A stretch of 64,000 nucleotides of DNA from Antedon mediterranea (lineage: Eukaryota > Animalia > Echinodermata): the NCBI RefSeq assembly GCF_964355755.1, contig NC_092676.1:17812871-17876870 (forward strand), given 5' to 3'. The notes below the pieces were generated by a model that saw nothing but the letters and a program-made list of their open reading frames with translations, did no database searches and was not told the origin of the DNA. Below are positions 39,601 to 50,456 of the stretch, piece after piece; the stretch's first letter is position 1, and the number at the start of each line of letters is the position of its first letter. The translations under genes and the position numbers were made by a program.

Positions 39601-42600
39601 GTAATTAATTCCTCAGTGAAAAGTGTCATTCAAAAAGAAGCTACTCCAAAACCTCATATTATGGGTAAGAAAGTAAAAATGCAGGATAAACCTTGTGAAA
39701 AATTGAGAACCGATAATACTGCTACTAACGGCAAACTAACACCAAGAATTCCGTCTGCACCAAAACCTACTGGTCCAGGGAGACCAAAGTATCACTACAA
39801 ATCGCCAGACACATCACCTCGTGTAAAGGATGAAAAATCAGAAAATGATAAAGAGAAACAAAATGCTGATAAATCTGGGAAGAATATTAAAGTCCATAAC
39901 ACTCCAGTGATCTGTGATATGTTTGAAACTTTGAAGAGAGTTGAACAACCGAAAGGTGTTAAGATTATTCCTCAAAATACAGATAGAAAGAAAGCAACTA
40001 TTAAACAGAATGTTCGCAACAATTCTGGAAACCAAAAGCGAAAATCACAAAGTGCAACAAAAGAAAAATCACTGAAGGAATCTGGTAAAGTTTTAATTAA
40101 AAGCAACTCTACCGTTTCTAAGAAAAAGAAAATTACAAAAGAGAAACCTGATAATGCTGCAAAGAATAAAGGAAAATCAAAGACTACTGTAAAGTACGAG
40201 AAAAAAGAAACAAAGAAGCCATTGAAGAAAGTTAAAAAGAAAAGTGATGACACAATGATAGTTAAAGATAGTGATATTGATACTACAGCATTTATATCTG
40301 GAAAAGGTTGGCATATAAAGACCAAAAAAAATGAGTCGGATAATGTAATAATCCACAACCATTCCTTGAAAGACGATTTATCAGATTCTGATGATGGTGT
40401 GAAATTGAGCCCTCATAGCACTCTAAAACTTCAGGAGATGGTAAAAATGCGTTCTATGACACAGGAACAAGTCTCGAATCTTGTAAATGTTATGAGTCCA
40501 TTTGAGGCAAATACACCCAGATATATACCTAATACAATGGGAACAATTAAGCAGTTTTTTGTGAATGCTTGCAAAGACAACAATGGTACAGAATACTATG
40601 TTGACGACAATGAGCTGCCAAATACAAGGCAGTTTAGCTTTGAAGAAAAAGAAATGAAAACTATTTGTGAAGTGAAAGAAAGAGAGATTCTTATGAGAAA
40701 AAGAGGAAATAAAGATATTGTAGAAGGTCCCGTAAATGAATTAAGTTCTAACAATTTACCAAGTTCTGAAGTAGAGAATTTAAGTATTGTTAGCGAATCA
40801 ACATACGAGACTAATCCTGAATTTCTAAAAGTCTTTAAAATCCCTGACCATGTTGATAATGAAGAAGAAGAAGAACCAAATGCTTCTGATGTTGAAGAAA
40901 TTGAAGTTGAACCTGTTACTTTTATTGAAGAAGTAGTTAAAGAGAATGCAGATAATTCCATTGATGAAGGTAGTGATAGAAAATGTAATCAAGTTGATGA
41001 TAAAATTCCTGATTCTAGAACTTCTTCAGCTAAAAGCAATGGAAAATCTGCAGTCAAAAACAATTTTGAAGATAATCTTGCCAATTTACCTCCTCTTCCG
41101 TCATATCAGCCAAAGAAATTGCCAAAAAGTGCATTCAAGAAACGTCACAGTGAACCGGTAATGAACCCTTCACAAGAGAATTATGATGAACTTAATCAAG
41201 AATATTTTGATGAACGAGTTAAAACAAATTCAAATCGAGGACAAAGTGCCAAGTGCAATGAATCGAAAAAAGAAACAAATTGTAATTCTCATCTAGAAAA
41301 TGACTTTACCAATAAAACAGACATTGACAAAAGAAGCAAATTTTCAATACTTGATAAAAGAAATGAGGACAAAAATCTAGGTGATAGCAATGTTGTAAGA
41401 AACCTGTCAGAGTCTGTCTTTGAAGATGAAAGACATTCAAATGTTCAACAACCACCAAATGACCGTTACTTAAATGTCGTCGAGGGCACAGATTCTTCAC
41501 CACCAGTTAAGTTGCAGCGACCATCTGAAGATACTGATTCTCTATCAGATGAAGATGACTTGTTAGGTGAAAGTCTTGCTCAGTCTGTTATGAGTGACAT
41601 TTTAGAGAAGACATTCAGTGAAGCATCGAGGGCAGGATCATCCTGGTCTGCAGATAGTGTGGTTAGTATACTTTATTGTCTATCCATTTTAGACTCACAA
41701 GTATGTTTGTTACGCTCTCAAATTTAGAGATTTAAATTTCTGCTGTCAACTTGCTTATTGCCACATTCATTTTACATTTATATTGGTATTGGCATAAACC
41801 TCTTTGTGTCTTTTCTTGGAAGTGGAGCTGTAGATGCTTATTAGTTCAATTCCTCTCAGATGTCAGGATTTTTTTTCATGACAAAATAACTCCACTCTCA
41901 AGAACTTTTAAGCTTATTCTGTGAATAGATTGTCAACAGCAGTATTTCAGGACAATGAAAACATTGAACAAATTTGGACTGCTTTGTGTATTTTTATACT
42001 CTTTTGATGATATACCTATGTGAAATTTCAAGCCTTTCAATTTGTTGTGTGGATTTTTTTTGCAGACAAGAACAAGTATTCTTGGTAAAGGAAGGTCTCA
42101 CTCAAGTCGAGTGAGTAGCAGTGACCGCAGTCAAAGTTCAAGTACTACTGTATCGGAACCAGAAGAAGAACTTTTACACTGGAAGAAAGGTAACATCCTT
42201 GGAAAAGGAGCATTTGGAAAGGTAAGTTTAATGTTTAAGTAGTCCGATAATATACATTATTTTAAACATCATGGGATTTTTCTTGTTCAGTAATGCCTAA
42301 TCAATGATCTTAACACTGTAAATTACCAATTATATTTATATAATTTTTAAAAATAAGCAGTTTAACCAAGTCATTCTTAAGTCACTTGTATTTATTTTTT
42401 GCTTTAGGTGTATTGTGGTTTAACAAACACTGGTCAATTAATCGCTGTCAAACAAGTTGAACTAAGTGAGAGGGATAAAGTAAAATCTGAGAATCAGTAT
42501 GAGAAACTTCAGGAGGAAGTTGAGCTTCTGAAAAACCTCAGGCATAAGCACATTGTTGGGTTAGTGGCCTAGTTTGTTCAAAATAGGAGTTTGTCTGAAC

Positions 42601-44512
42601 TTTATTGCCATCCCCTCTCAAATTGCCACTCTTAATTATTACTATGTTATGATTATTTGTGTCTTACTGTACATTGTTTCGACTACTGTAGTAATTTCTC
42701 TTTCATTTGTTTTTTACTAATTATTTGCTGTCAAAACTACAAGACAAATCTCTCTGATAATTGCACACAGGTTTCTAGGAGTATCACTAGAGGATGACAC
42801 TGTTAACATATTTATGCAGTTCATACCAGGAGGATCAATAGCATCCCTTCTTGCAAGGTTTGGAGCTCTAGATGAACCTGTGTTTTGTCGATATACTAAG
42901 CAAATACTTGAAGGTATTGAGTACTTACATACCAACAACGTTATTCATAGGTATGTTAAATTATAATTTCTTCAGTCAGTGTATAGTATGTAGAAGAGTT
43001 ACCCTCTAGCTTTAAGGCATTAAGTGTAGAAACACTGTATTAACTACCTCGTACAAATTGTGAATGTTAAATGAACCAGTTGATAGCACAGGAATGTTTT
43101 TTAAACCATGTTTTCTTTAACATATGCAGATTGACATAAATAATCTTTTTAATTGGGAGTGAATTAAAAAAATGTTTGTTTTTGTTTTAGGGATATAAAA
43201 GGTGCTAATATCATGTTGATGTCAAACGGTGTAATTAAGTTGATTGACTTTGGGTGTGCCAAACGTCTTTGCATTAATCTAAGTCAAAGCCAAAGTTTGC
43301 TGACATCAATGCGAGGAACCCCTTACTGGATGGCTCCAGAGGTAATCATGGAAACTGGTTATGGAACCAAATCTGATATATGGTATGAAATGTTTAAGTT
43401 GGTTTATGTTTTATGTTTATTTTACTTGACTTTTTTACCTGAATTGGGTACATTCAAATTAGGACTTCTACTCAAGGCAACCACAGTGCAGTGCATACCA
43501 TGAACAACAGTGACTGAGATGGACCAGTACACCAAGGTAACCCCCTAATCTTCTGAAAGATGCACTGATTAAAGTTCAGACATGCCAGATGTGTACACTG
43601 AACCTCCAGTTTTATGTCCTTATCCAAAAATCTGCCACCAGAACATTGGTTAAGGGAACATTGAACCTGTGCCGATTCTATGGCTAATTGGTTTAACTAC
43701 TCCACTACTTTTCACATTTAAGAATTTAATGGTACTAAATTTGTTTTTGATTCCAGGAGCATAGGGTGTACTGTATTTGAAATGGCCACTCGAAAGCCAC
43801 CTTGGGCAGAGATGCCCCCTATGACAGCAATATATTACATAGGTTCTGGTTCAGGTGCTGTGCCTCAGCTTCCTGATCAGTTCTCAAAGGAAGCAAGAAG
43901 TTTTGTTAGAATTTGTCTTTCAAGGTCAGTTGAACAAATTCTTTTGTTCTTATATCTTCTCTTTTCAAAAGCCAGACAGCTATTTATGTTAATACACCTT
44001 TATTCATGGTTTAAACAAACTTGAATTCTTGTGATCTTTCTGGATACATAAAATAGTCTAATATGAAAAATAAATGCAATTGTAGAAATCAGATTGGCAT
44101 GTGGTAGGAAGCATTAAAGTTTGAGGTCTGGAAAAGTGTTTCTGTGCCATAATAGGCAAGATTCATTTACCCTTTCAATATGCTGCTGCACAATAAGGAC
44201 ATCACACTTTCGGGATGCCATACAATTGTGTTGCAGGATTGTTTAAGTGCTACATTTTAAAATTCCTAAAAAAAACTGTGTGAATAATTGTGATTACATT
44301 TTGTATATAGAGATCAACATGAAAGACCAACTGCCAGCAGTTTATTGAAGCATGCTTTCATCAGAAGACGTAAAGAGCGAGGGCGTGATAGATTCAGTAC
44401 ACGAATATCATCGTCTACTTTTGAAGAGGGTAACATCAACTTCAAAGAGAAACCAAAATCTGATGGTGCGACAGACAAGAATGCCAAAAAACCTATTTAT
44501 GATTTTAGTTAA
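30671..44512 (+). CDS. MAP3K19: MAP3K19/YSK4-type STE11 kinase with N-terminal ankyrin repeats, predicted 2244 aa
   Basis: 18 phase-consistent GT-AG exons totalling 6735 nt: 30671-30695, 31213-31451, 31707-31976, 32459-32552, 34130-34449, 35039-35168, 35426-35575, 35884-35980, 36257-36462, 36738-36831, 37219-37397, 37781-41661, 42066-42221, 42408-42559, 42771-42950, 43191-43382, 43757-43924, 44311-44512 (TAA). Kinase motifs GKGAFGKVYCGLT..GQLIAVKQV, KLQEEVELLK, HRDIKGAN, KLIDFGCAKRL, GTPYWMAPEVI..GYG.KSDIWSIGCTVFEMAT.KPP and RDQHERP match recalled MAP3K19. Ankyrin motifs: GNTPLIWAA, GRTALHYAA, TPMHSAS, GTTPLHVSA. In-frame TAA at 30644 upstream of the ATG. Confidence 0.88.
32790..32980 (-). 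mobile_element. Degenerate, internally deleted tRNA-derived SINE copy
   Basis: Matches 59148-59447 (atactgggt.acctctt, ggttccactgtctta..c.ctcggccactcactc). Weaker copies at ~320-500 and ~43440-43700. Confidence 0.65.
37501..37672 (+). mobile_element. Penelope-like element pLTR fragment embedded in a (TA)n microsatellite
   Basis: Flanked by (TA)n at 37479-37501 and 37673-37690, carries a minimal hammerhead motif, and has a second partial copy at 11855-11970. Confidence 0.55.
37505..37545 (+). ncRNA. Minimal type I hammerhead ribozyme motif (Penelope-type)
   Basis: gca-CTGATGA(37510-37516)-a-ggac-tagtgtt-gccc-GAAA(37533-37536)-gcTC-tgc. Both catalytic core boxes are present, stem I is gca/tgc, stem II has one mismatch, and palindromic AGCT replaces stem III. 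Confidence 0.6.
37781..41661 (+). CDS. MAP3K19: 3881-nt internal exon of the kinase gene (low-complexity S/K/T/N/E-rich, probably disordered)
   Basis: Open frame 37804-41727 in the ORF track; acceptor aag|G at 37781 and donor GTG|gttagt at 41661 keep phase with both neighbouring exons. Confidence 0.85.
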
Positions 44513-46585
44513 AATCATCTTTTATGATGTGTTGGGTGGATGTGGGTAGGTTGGGGTAGAGTTTACGTGTATGCGTTGGGTGGGCTGGTGGCTTGGGATG
44601 GGGAGCAAGTTGTGATAATCAGAACTGTGTTGGATACTGAACAGTTGATATGTAAAACTTCATGTTCATGTAATATGTATAAAAGTTTATACATAATTAT
44701 TTTTATTTAATTTAATATGCTCACAAGGAATGTGAGTGAAGGGATATATCATTTAATATATAGTTTTATAGAATTTTATGTATATAATAATAATGATAAT
44801 AATAAGAAAGTGAGCTAGATTACACTCGTCCCTGGGGTGACTAAACATTTTTTAATTTGAGGAAACTTCCCATTATCTTGGTTAAATATTTGGTATTTGA
44901 ATCCTGTTAATTTAATCGGTTCAAGTTTGGCTCAACATTGCTTTGGTACAGGACTTTTGTATCAAATATTTAGTTTCCAAGCACGTTTGGTGCTAATGTA
45001 CATTTTACAGTATGTTGCAGAATTAGAATATTGCTTTCAACTAATTTGATACATTCCATTACAGTTTTAACTTCCAATTTCCATAAACAATTTATATCCG
45101 TCCACAAAAATACTAATAGTGTTTATATATATATATATATATATATATAAAGATGCTCAAACACTTCAATTTGAATTTGTTTTGTTAAATTTTGACGTTC
45201 TTTCTTCTTTTTACTGTGTCATAAAAACTGCAATGAATACTGTAGTTTTTGAAATGTAAAAAGTGTCAATCATTCTTAAAGCAAAACAGAATCAGCAAAA
45301 TAATAAAGTACTAAAGGCGAATTTACATAGATGAGTGGTAAAGGTAATAAATCTATGTTATTCCATAGAACCATTTACACACAATGTGGTGCGGATGGGC
45401 GGTTTCTACTCAGGATAGATACAGATTCAAGCAACGAGGTTTCCACTATCGTTACCGCTCGTCCATGTAAATTGGCCTTAATAATGGGCCAACAATCTTA
45501 TACAACGGAAACTTAATAAATTAAATATCTTTTTCTTGAAATGTTTCTGGCGAAAAAAAAAATTAAACTGTTAATAATGTGGATAACATTCCAGCAAGTG
45601 TTTCATCGCTGACTACTGTACTACATCCGTCCATTAGCAAGGCCTAAGTCAGTGTAATGTATATATTTTGCAAACTTTATTTATGTACATGACATGTCAA
45701 GACCAATTTTAAAATTCATATCGCAATGTTTCTGTAGACATACTACAATTATATTGTAAGTGTACATCATCACATCTGAGGATTTAGGATAAACAATTTC
45801 AAACTTTTCCTCCATTTTTAAGTTGTGCAAGTATGTGTATGGTGGGTAAAAAATGTCATCCATTATATTTTTTTTATAGGTGCTGTTTTTTTTATCTCTT
45901 TGTTGTTTTATAAACTACCCTAACATATCATTTGATTACAACCAATTGTTTGATTGTATATGTTTATAATTGATATTGTCATATTACAGTACTGTATTTG
46001 TATTTTGAAAACAAACATAGGCCTAGAGTCTAAAATAAAAAGTAGGATGACTTGAAATAATTAAAAAAAAAGTAATTTGACCAATCACACTCAACAAATC
46101 ATTTTAAATATAATACCTGTGATTGGTCAAATGACTACATGTGTACTTCATGTGTTATCCTGATTAGGCCCACCCAAAGATAAAATAGCTGTTAAGTTTT
46201 TAATTTTGAATGCCAGAGTGGATTAACAATTCAGTATGTCCAATATCAACATGGACAGACATTTAAATTAAGCATTGTACATTTTTTTGTTATAAATATA
46301 ATTTAATTTTAGTAGGATATATTTATGTATCTTCCATTATTACTTGATAATGTGTTGTAATATTGTATTTTATTTATCATGGAATTGTACAAAATTATTA
46401 ATTGCAACTGTACAGGTTCTTGAAGTTAGACATAGTTCTTTAAATTTGAAAAATACAGAAAATGAATGGATAACTTGATATTAAATGTAGTTTCATTTTC
46501 TACATCACTATGAATTATTTGTTTTGTTTTAATACATGGTAACAACAATGTGTGTGATACGTTTTGTTAACCCATACATATACTG

Positions 46586-47640
46586 TAAAGCTTGGTTCCC
46601 ATTAGCGACGCAACGCAAGGACGTAACGCAACACAAGTAAATTGACCAATGACAAGCGAAGTTATAGACAGTTAGCAATCACAAGCGAATAAGCCATCGC
46701 TTGTGATTGGTCAATTCACTTGCGTTGCGTTACGTCCTTGTGTTGCGTCACTAGTGGGAACCACGCTTTAGCTGTAACGAACGTACTAACAATTTGTGTG
46801 TAAAAAAGCTTGGTTCTCACTAGAGACGTAACGCAACGTAAGCGAGTGACTAATGACAAGCGACAGTTGGAATATTTCATTGCTTGTCAAATCAGTAATG
46901 CTTGGTTCATACTAGGACGCAACACAAGGACGTAAACATAACGCAAGGAAGCGTGTAGACCAATGACAAGCAACAATTCAAATAATCCATCGCTTATGAT
47001 TGGTCAATTCACTTACGTTGCGTCATGTCCTTGTGTTGCATCTCTAGTAGGAACCACGCTTTAGTGAGAACCAAGCGAACGTACTAACAATTTGTGTGTT
47101 ACGTTACGTCAACCCATACAGATTTGCTGTAACGAACGTACTAAAGCGTGGTTTCCACTAGCGATGCAACGCAAGGACGTAACGCAACGCAAGTGAATTG
47201 ACCAATCACAAGCTAACTGTCTATAACTTCGCTTGTAATTGGTTAAAACGCTTGCGTTGCGTTTATGTCCTTGCGTAATTACGTTCTAGTGGGAACCAAT
47301 CTTTACAATTAACGAAGTACTGTAACGTACTAACAATTTGTGTGTTACATTACATCAACCCATACATATTTATCGTCTATATGCTGTAACGAACATACTA
47401 ACAATTTTTGTGTTAACCCGACAGCTGATATGCATTACGTCAACCCATACAGATATGCTGTAACGAACGTAAAGCTAAGGTTCCCACTAGAACGCATGGC
47501 AAGGATGTAAGCCTCAACCCAAAGCGAATTGACCAATCATGAGGAACGGCTCGAATAATCCATCGCTTGGATTGGTCAATTGGATTGCGTTGCGACTTAC
47601 GTCCTTGCGTTACGTTGCGTTCTAGTGAGAACCAAACAGC
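46586..47640. mobile_element. Cluster of five ~165-185-bp palindromic PIF/Harbinger (Tourist-like) MITEs within a ~60-bp tandem repeat
   Basis: TIR agcttggttc(c/t)cactag..ctagtg(g/a)gaacca(a/c)gct with TAA/TTA flanks. Copies at ~46589-46767, 46807-47076 (with 46899-47060 nested), 47145-47302 and 47473-47635. Spacer unit: aacccatacagatatgctgtaacgaacgtactaacaatttgtgtgttacgttacgtc. Confidence 0.8.
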
Positions 47641-47745
47641 TGATATGCTGTGAATGAACGTAACAATTTGTGTTTAATACCTCCAGAGTGTTATCAGCTA
47701 TTCTTATCTGTAGTAAACTAACAAATAACAATTTATGATACATAA

Positions 47746-47853
47746 TTTTAGTCGTGTGCAAACGCAACTCTACAGCTCACTATGTCGGTCGGTTGGTCGG
47801 TAAACACTAATTCAAATTTGAGCACGCGACTGCAGCAATGTATATGGCCTTGT
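47746..47853 (+). mobile_element. Very short DINE-1/HINE-like element
   Basis: tttagtcgtgtgc..cgcaact (5' subTIR plus inverted repeat), (gtcg)n microsatellite, 3' subTIR gcacgcgact, and end ggccttg|tt. Confidence 0.55.
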
Positions 47854-48564
47854 TATATTAAAATCAACTGTTATTTCCTAGCAAACGTAACAATATTACA
47901 TATCTGTTAGTTACATCGATCCTATAGGCTACAGATATTTTGTCAGCGAATTGAATGATACATTTTTTATCAAATCAAATAAAAACATTTATTTCTTTCA
48001 TTTAGAATCAATTGAAGATTCAACCTTTTTGTTTCAGAGAAATATTATTATAAATAATGTATAATGGTAATTAAAACTATTAAATAAAGCCCAGTATAAC
48101 ACTGCCCTGGTAATGGTATCGCAACCATATCCCGTTCGACACAAAATGGCTTCTAATATTTTATTGTCGTACGTTTGCCCTTTACTGACACGTACGTATA
48201 CGTACATATAGACAGTTCCATGCCGGATCCGTGTGTATAGCTGCTGTTTATTTTTTTCAGATTAAATTCCACAATATCGTCGTCGAAAAGAGAAACGTCC
48301 ACGTACGTACGACGTATTTTTGTCGATAAAAAAACAAAAATAGGATAATAATATAGTATGTAATAGCTGTTTAGTTTAATGTAGGCATAGGCCAAGTTTT
48401 TAAAAAGTTTTTTAAATGTTTGTCTTAGGTCTAGTTAGAGTAGCTCTACCCTAAAGAGTCTAGCCTAGCCTCTTACCGTTAGCAAGGCTAGGCGGTGAAC
48501 AGACATTCGGGGCCAAGAACGATCGGGGCCATCACAGAGACGATCGGGCCCATTTTTTTATGTG

Positions 48565-49760
48565 GTGTTGTAAAATGGCCGAGAGTATAAACCAACTAGC
48601 AGAAACAAGTGTAGTGTAGCTTACCTTTTGAACTGGGCTTGCCTCTTTCATTTTCTAATTCATTGCCCAATCTTTCGGTATCTCGTATAAACATTGTAAA
48701 CACACAGACCATGCCTATTCCGATGTCTATTGTCCGTGCGTACGGTACGTTATCCGTTCAAAACCTCAAGAGACCGCTGATCTCTTCAGGACGACACACA
48801 TGACCTTGGGTCACTCGGTAGACTGAACCATTTTGCGGAGGGGTATTTCACTACACTTTCCCCGATTTTATAAGGCCAGGGCCGGTGCTTGGGTGGTCAT
48901 TCTGGAACCTCTGGTTAACGCTAATGATAACTGAACCAAGTGCATCTTCTAGCACCACACAAAAATAACCTAATAACAACTTAAAACTTCTAGTAGGCCG
49001 CCAGAATAGTCGCCTCTACACCATCAGGGAGAGATCCCTGCCATTCTTCCGGGTCAAGTCTAAAGACTTGCTCGGCGTCCTGGTTCAAGATTCTCTCGAC
49101 TCAGACTGCCTCTGCGGTTGGATAAAGCAGATGTGGTGCACTCACTCGTTGCCCCGGAGGAGCGAAGTGGGGCCCATCTGACTCCAGCAACAGACGGCAG
49201 TCATCAGTGCGGAAGATGTGTGTGCACGCGTCCCTCTGCTCGGCGTTGAAATGCTCCACCGACCGTGTAAAGCTGAAGTAGGTTAGGGGAAAACACTCCT
49301 GAACCTACCAACCACTAACACAGTCGAAGAGAAGTTGTGGAGCAGAATGCGTACACTTCTTGGAATTTGTGCTAGCTGCATGCAAGATGTTCAGGCAGTT
49401 CTGGTAGCACGTCTCTGCCATTGGGTCATTGCGACTGCCTCTCGGGTGCATACAGATCGCTAGATGGTGTCGCGGTGAAAAACCCTGCTCGCAGTGCCAA
49501 TGTTGTAAAACGGCCAAGAGTATAAACCAACTAGTAGCAGAAAGAAGTGTGGCTTACCTTTTGAACTGGGCTTGCCTCTTTCGAATTCATTGCCCAGTGG
49601 CCAATACTACAATCTTTCGGTATCTCGTATAAAACACGGTTTAAACACACAGTGCCTATTCCGGTGAGTGGTGTCTATTTTATCCGTGCGTAGGTTATCC
49701 GTTCAAAATCGCAAGAGGCGCTGATTTCTTCAGGACGATACACATGCCCTCGGGTCACTT
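48565..49760. repeat. Two diverged ~250-bp direct repeats (48565-48815 and 49500-49760)
   Basis: Shared tgttgtaaaa.ggcc..gagtataaaccaactag, gcttaccttttgaactgggcttgcctcttt, tctttcggtatctcgtataaa, gttatccgttcaaaa, tcttcaggacga.acacatg..ct.gggtcact. Confidence 0.85.
49101..49480 (-). pseudogene. Frameshifted TatD-like DNase fragment, probably retrotransposon-borne
   Basis: LAICMHPRGSRNDPMAETCYQNCLNIL / RILLHNFSS / FPLTYFSFTRSVEHFNAEQRDACTHIFRTDDCRLLLESDGPHFAPPGQRVSAPHLLYPTAEAV. Motif order matches the TatD C-terminal half (HxR, HCF, RLLLETDxP). Intronless and disrupted. Confidence 0.6.
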
Positions 49761-50060
49761 CACAGGTTGATACATATCTTTAGATATCCCTGGACATACC
49801 ATACCAAAAGAATTGTCCTTGAGACAAAGGGAGGTCATGTTGTATTCGCAGGGCGACTAACTGTAATTCCCTTGGAAGTACCAAGAGGCGTTCGACAGAA
49901 TTTTCGTGTTTCACAAACAGAATGCCATCGTCGGACAAATGAAGACGGTCTCGATTCAACCAAAAGAACTTTGTCGTAAATAGGAACAACTCATTAGTTG
50001 CGGGGTCGTTGATGCTTTCTAACCACCACAGGATAGACTGGAGATCAGCATCCTTGCATG
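49755..50060 (-). mobile_element. Ty3/Gypsy pol fragment (region before and including the integrase H2C2 zinc-binding motif)
   Basis: KDADLQSILWWLESINDPATNELFLFTTKFFWLNRDRLHLSDDGILF..LLVLPRELQLVALRIQHDLPLSQG..FFWYGMSRDI*RYVSTCEV, with an internal deletion and a stop. Confidence 0.75.
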
Positions 50061-50456
50061 CGGGTTGGTCTCCGCTACCTGGAAGCTGGTCCGGTTGCAG
50101 TCTCTGAAAAATTGCTCATAACAGAATACAGAATTTTATTGGTCCAAAAAAGGAAATTCGTTTTGTTGACAAGCGCAAACAATTATAAATATAAAAGGTG
50201 GTGTGATTCTGGTGTAGGATATACTGACAGCCTCAGCATCGAGATAGCCCACACAGAATGTCATGACCACTCCCCTATTTATCCAAGGTTAATGAAATAA
50301 TCAGCTGTGATGCCTGTAAATAACGCACCACTGAAAAGCATCGCGCATCCCTGTCACTGAGGCCATATTCTTCAGCCTAATTGAGGAACCGCTGCTTGAA
50401 TAAAATCCAATTATCCCTCCCACTAAACGACAGATTTTTTTTTTTAAACAGCAATT

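Noticed and set aside
38301-41503. Several minus-strand and alternate-frame ORFs
   Set aside because: Shadows of the long A-rich kinase exon.
49190-49215. CTGATGA on the minus strand as a second hammerhead
   Set aside because: No stem II or GAAA follows, and it lies within the TatD-like frame. Other CTGA(T/A)GA hits (5233, 40388, 50991, 61260) also lack the fold.
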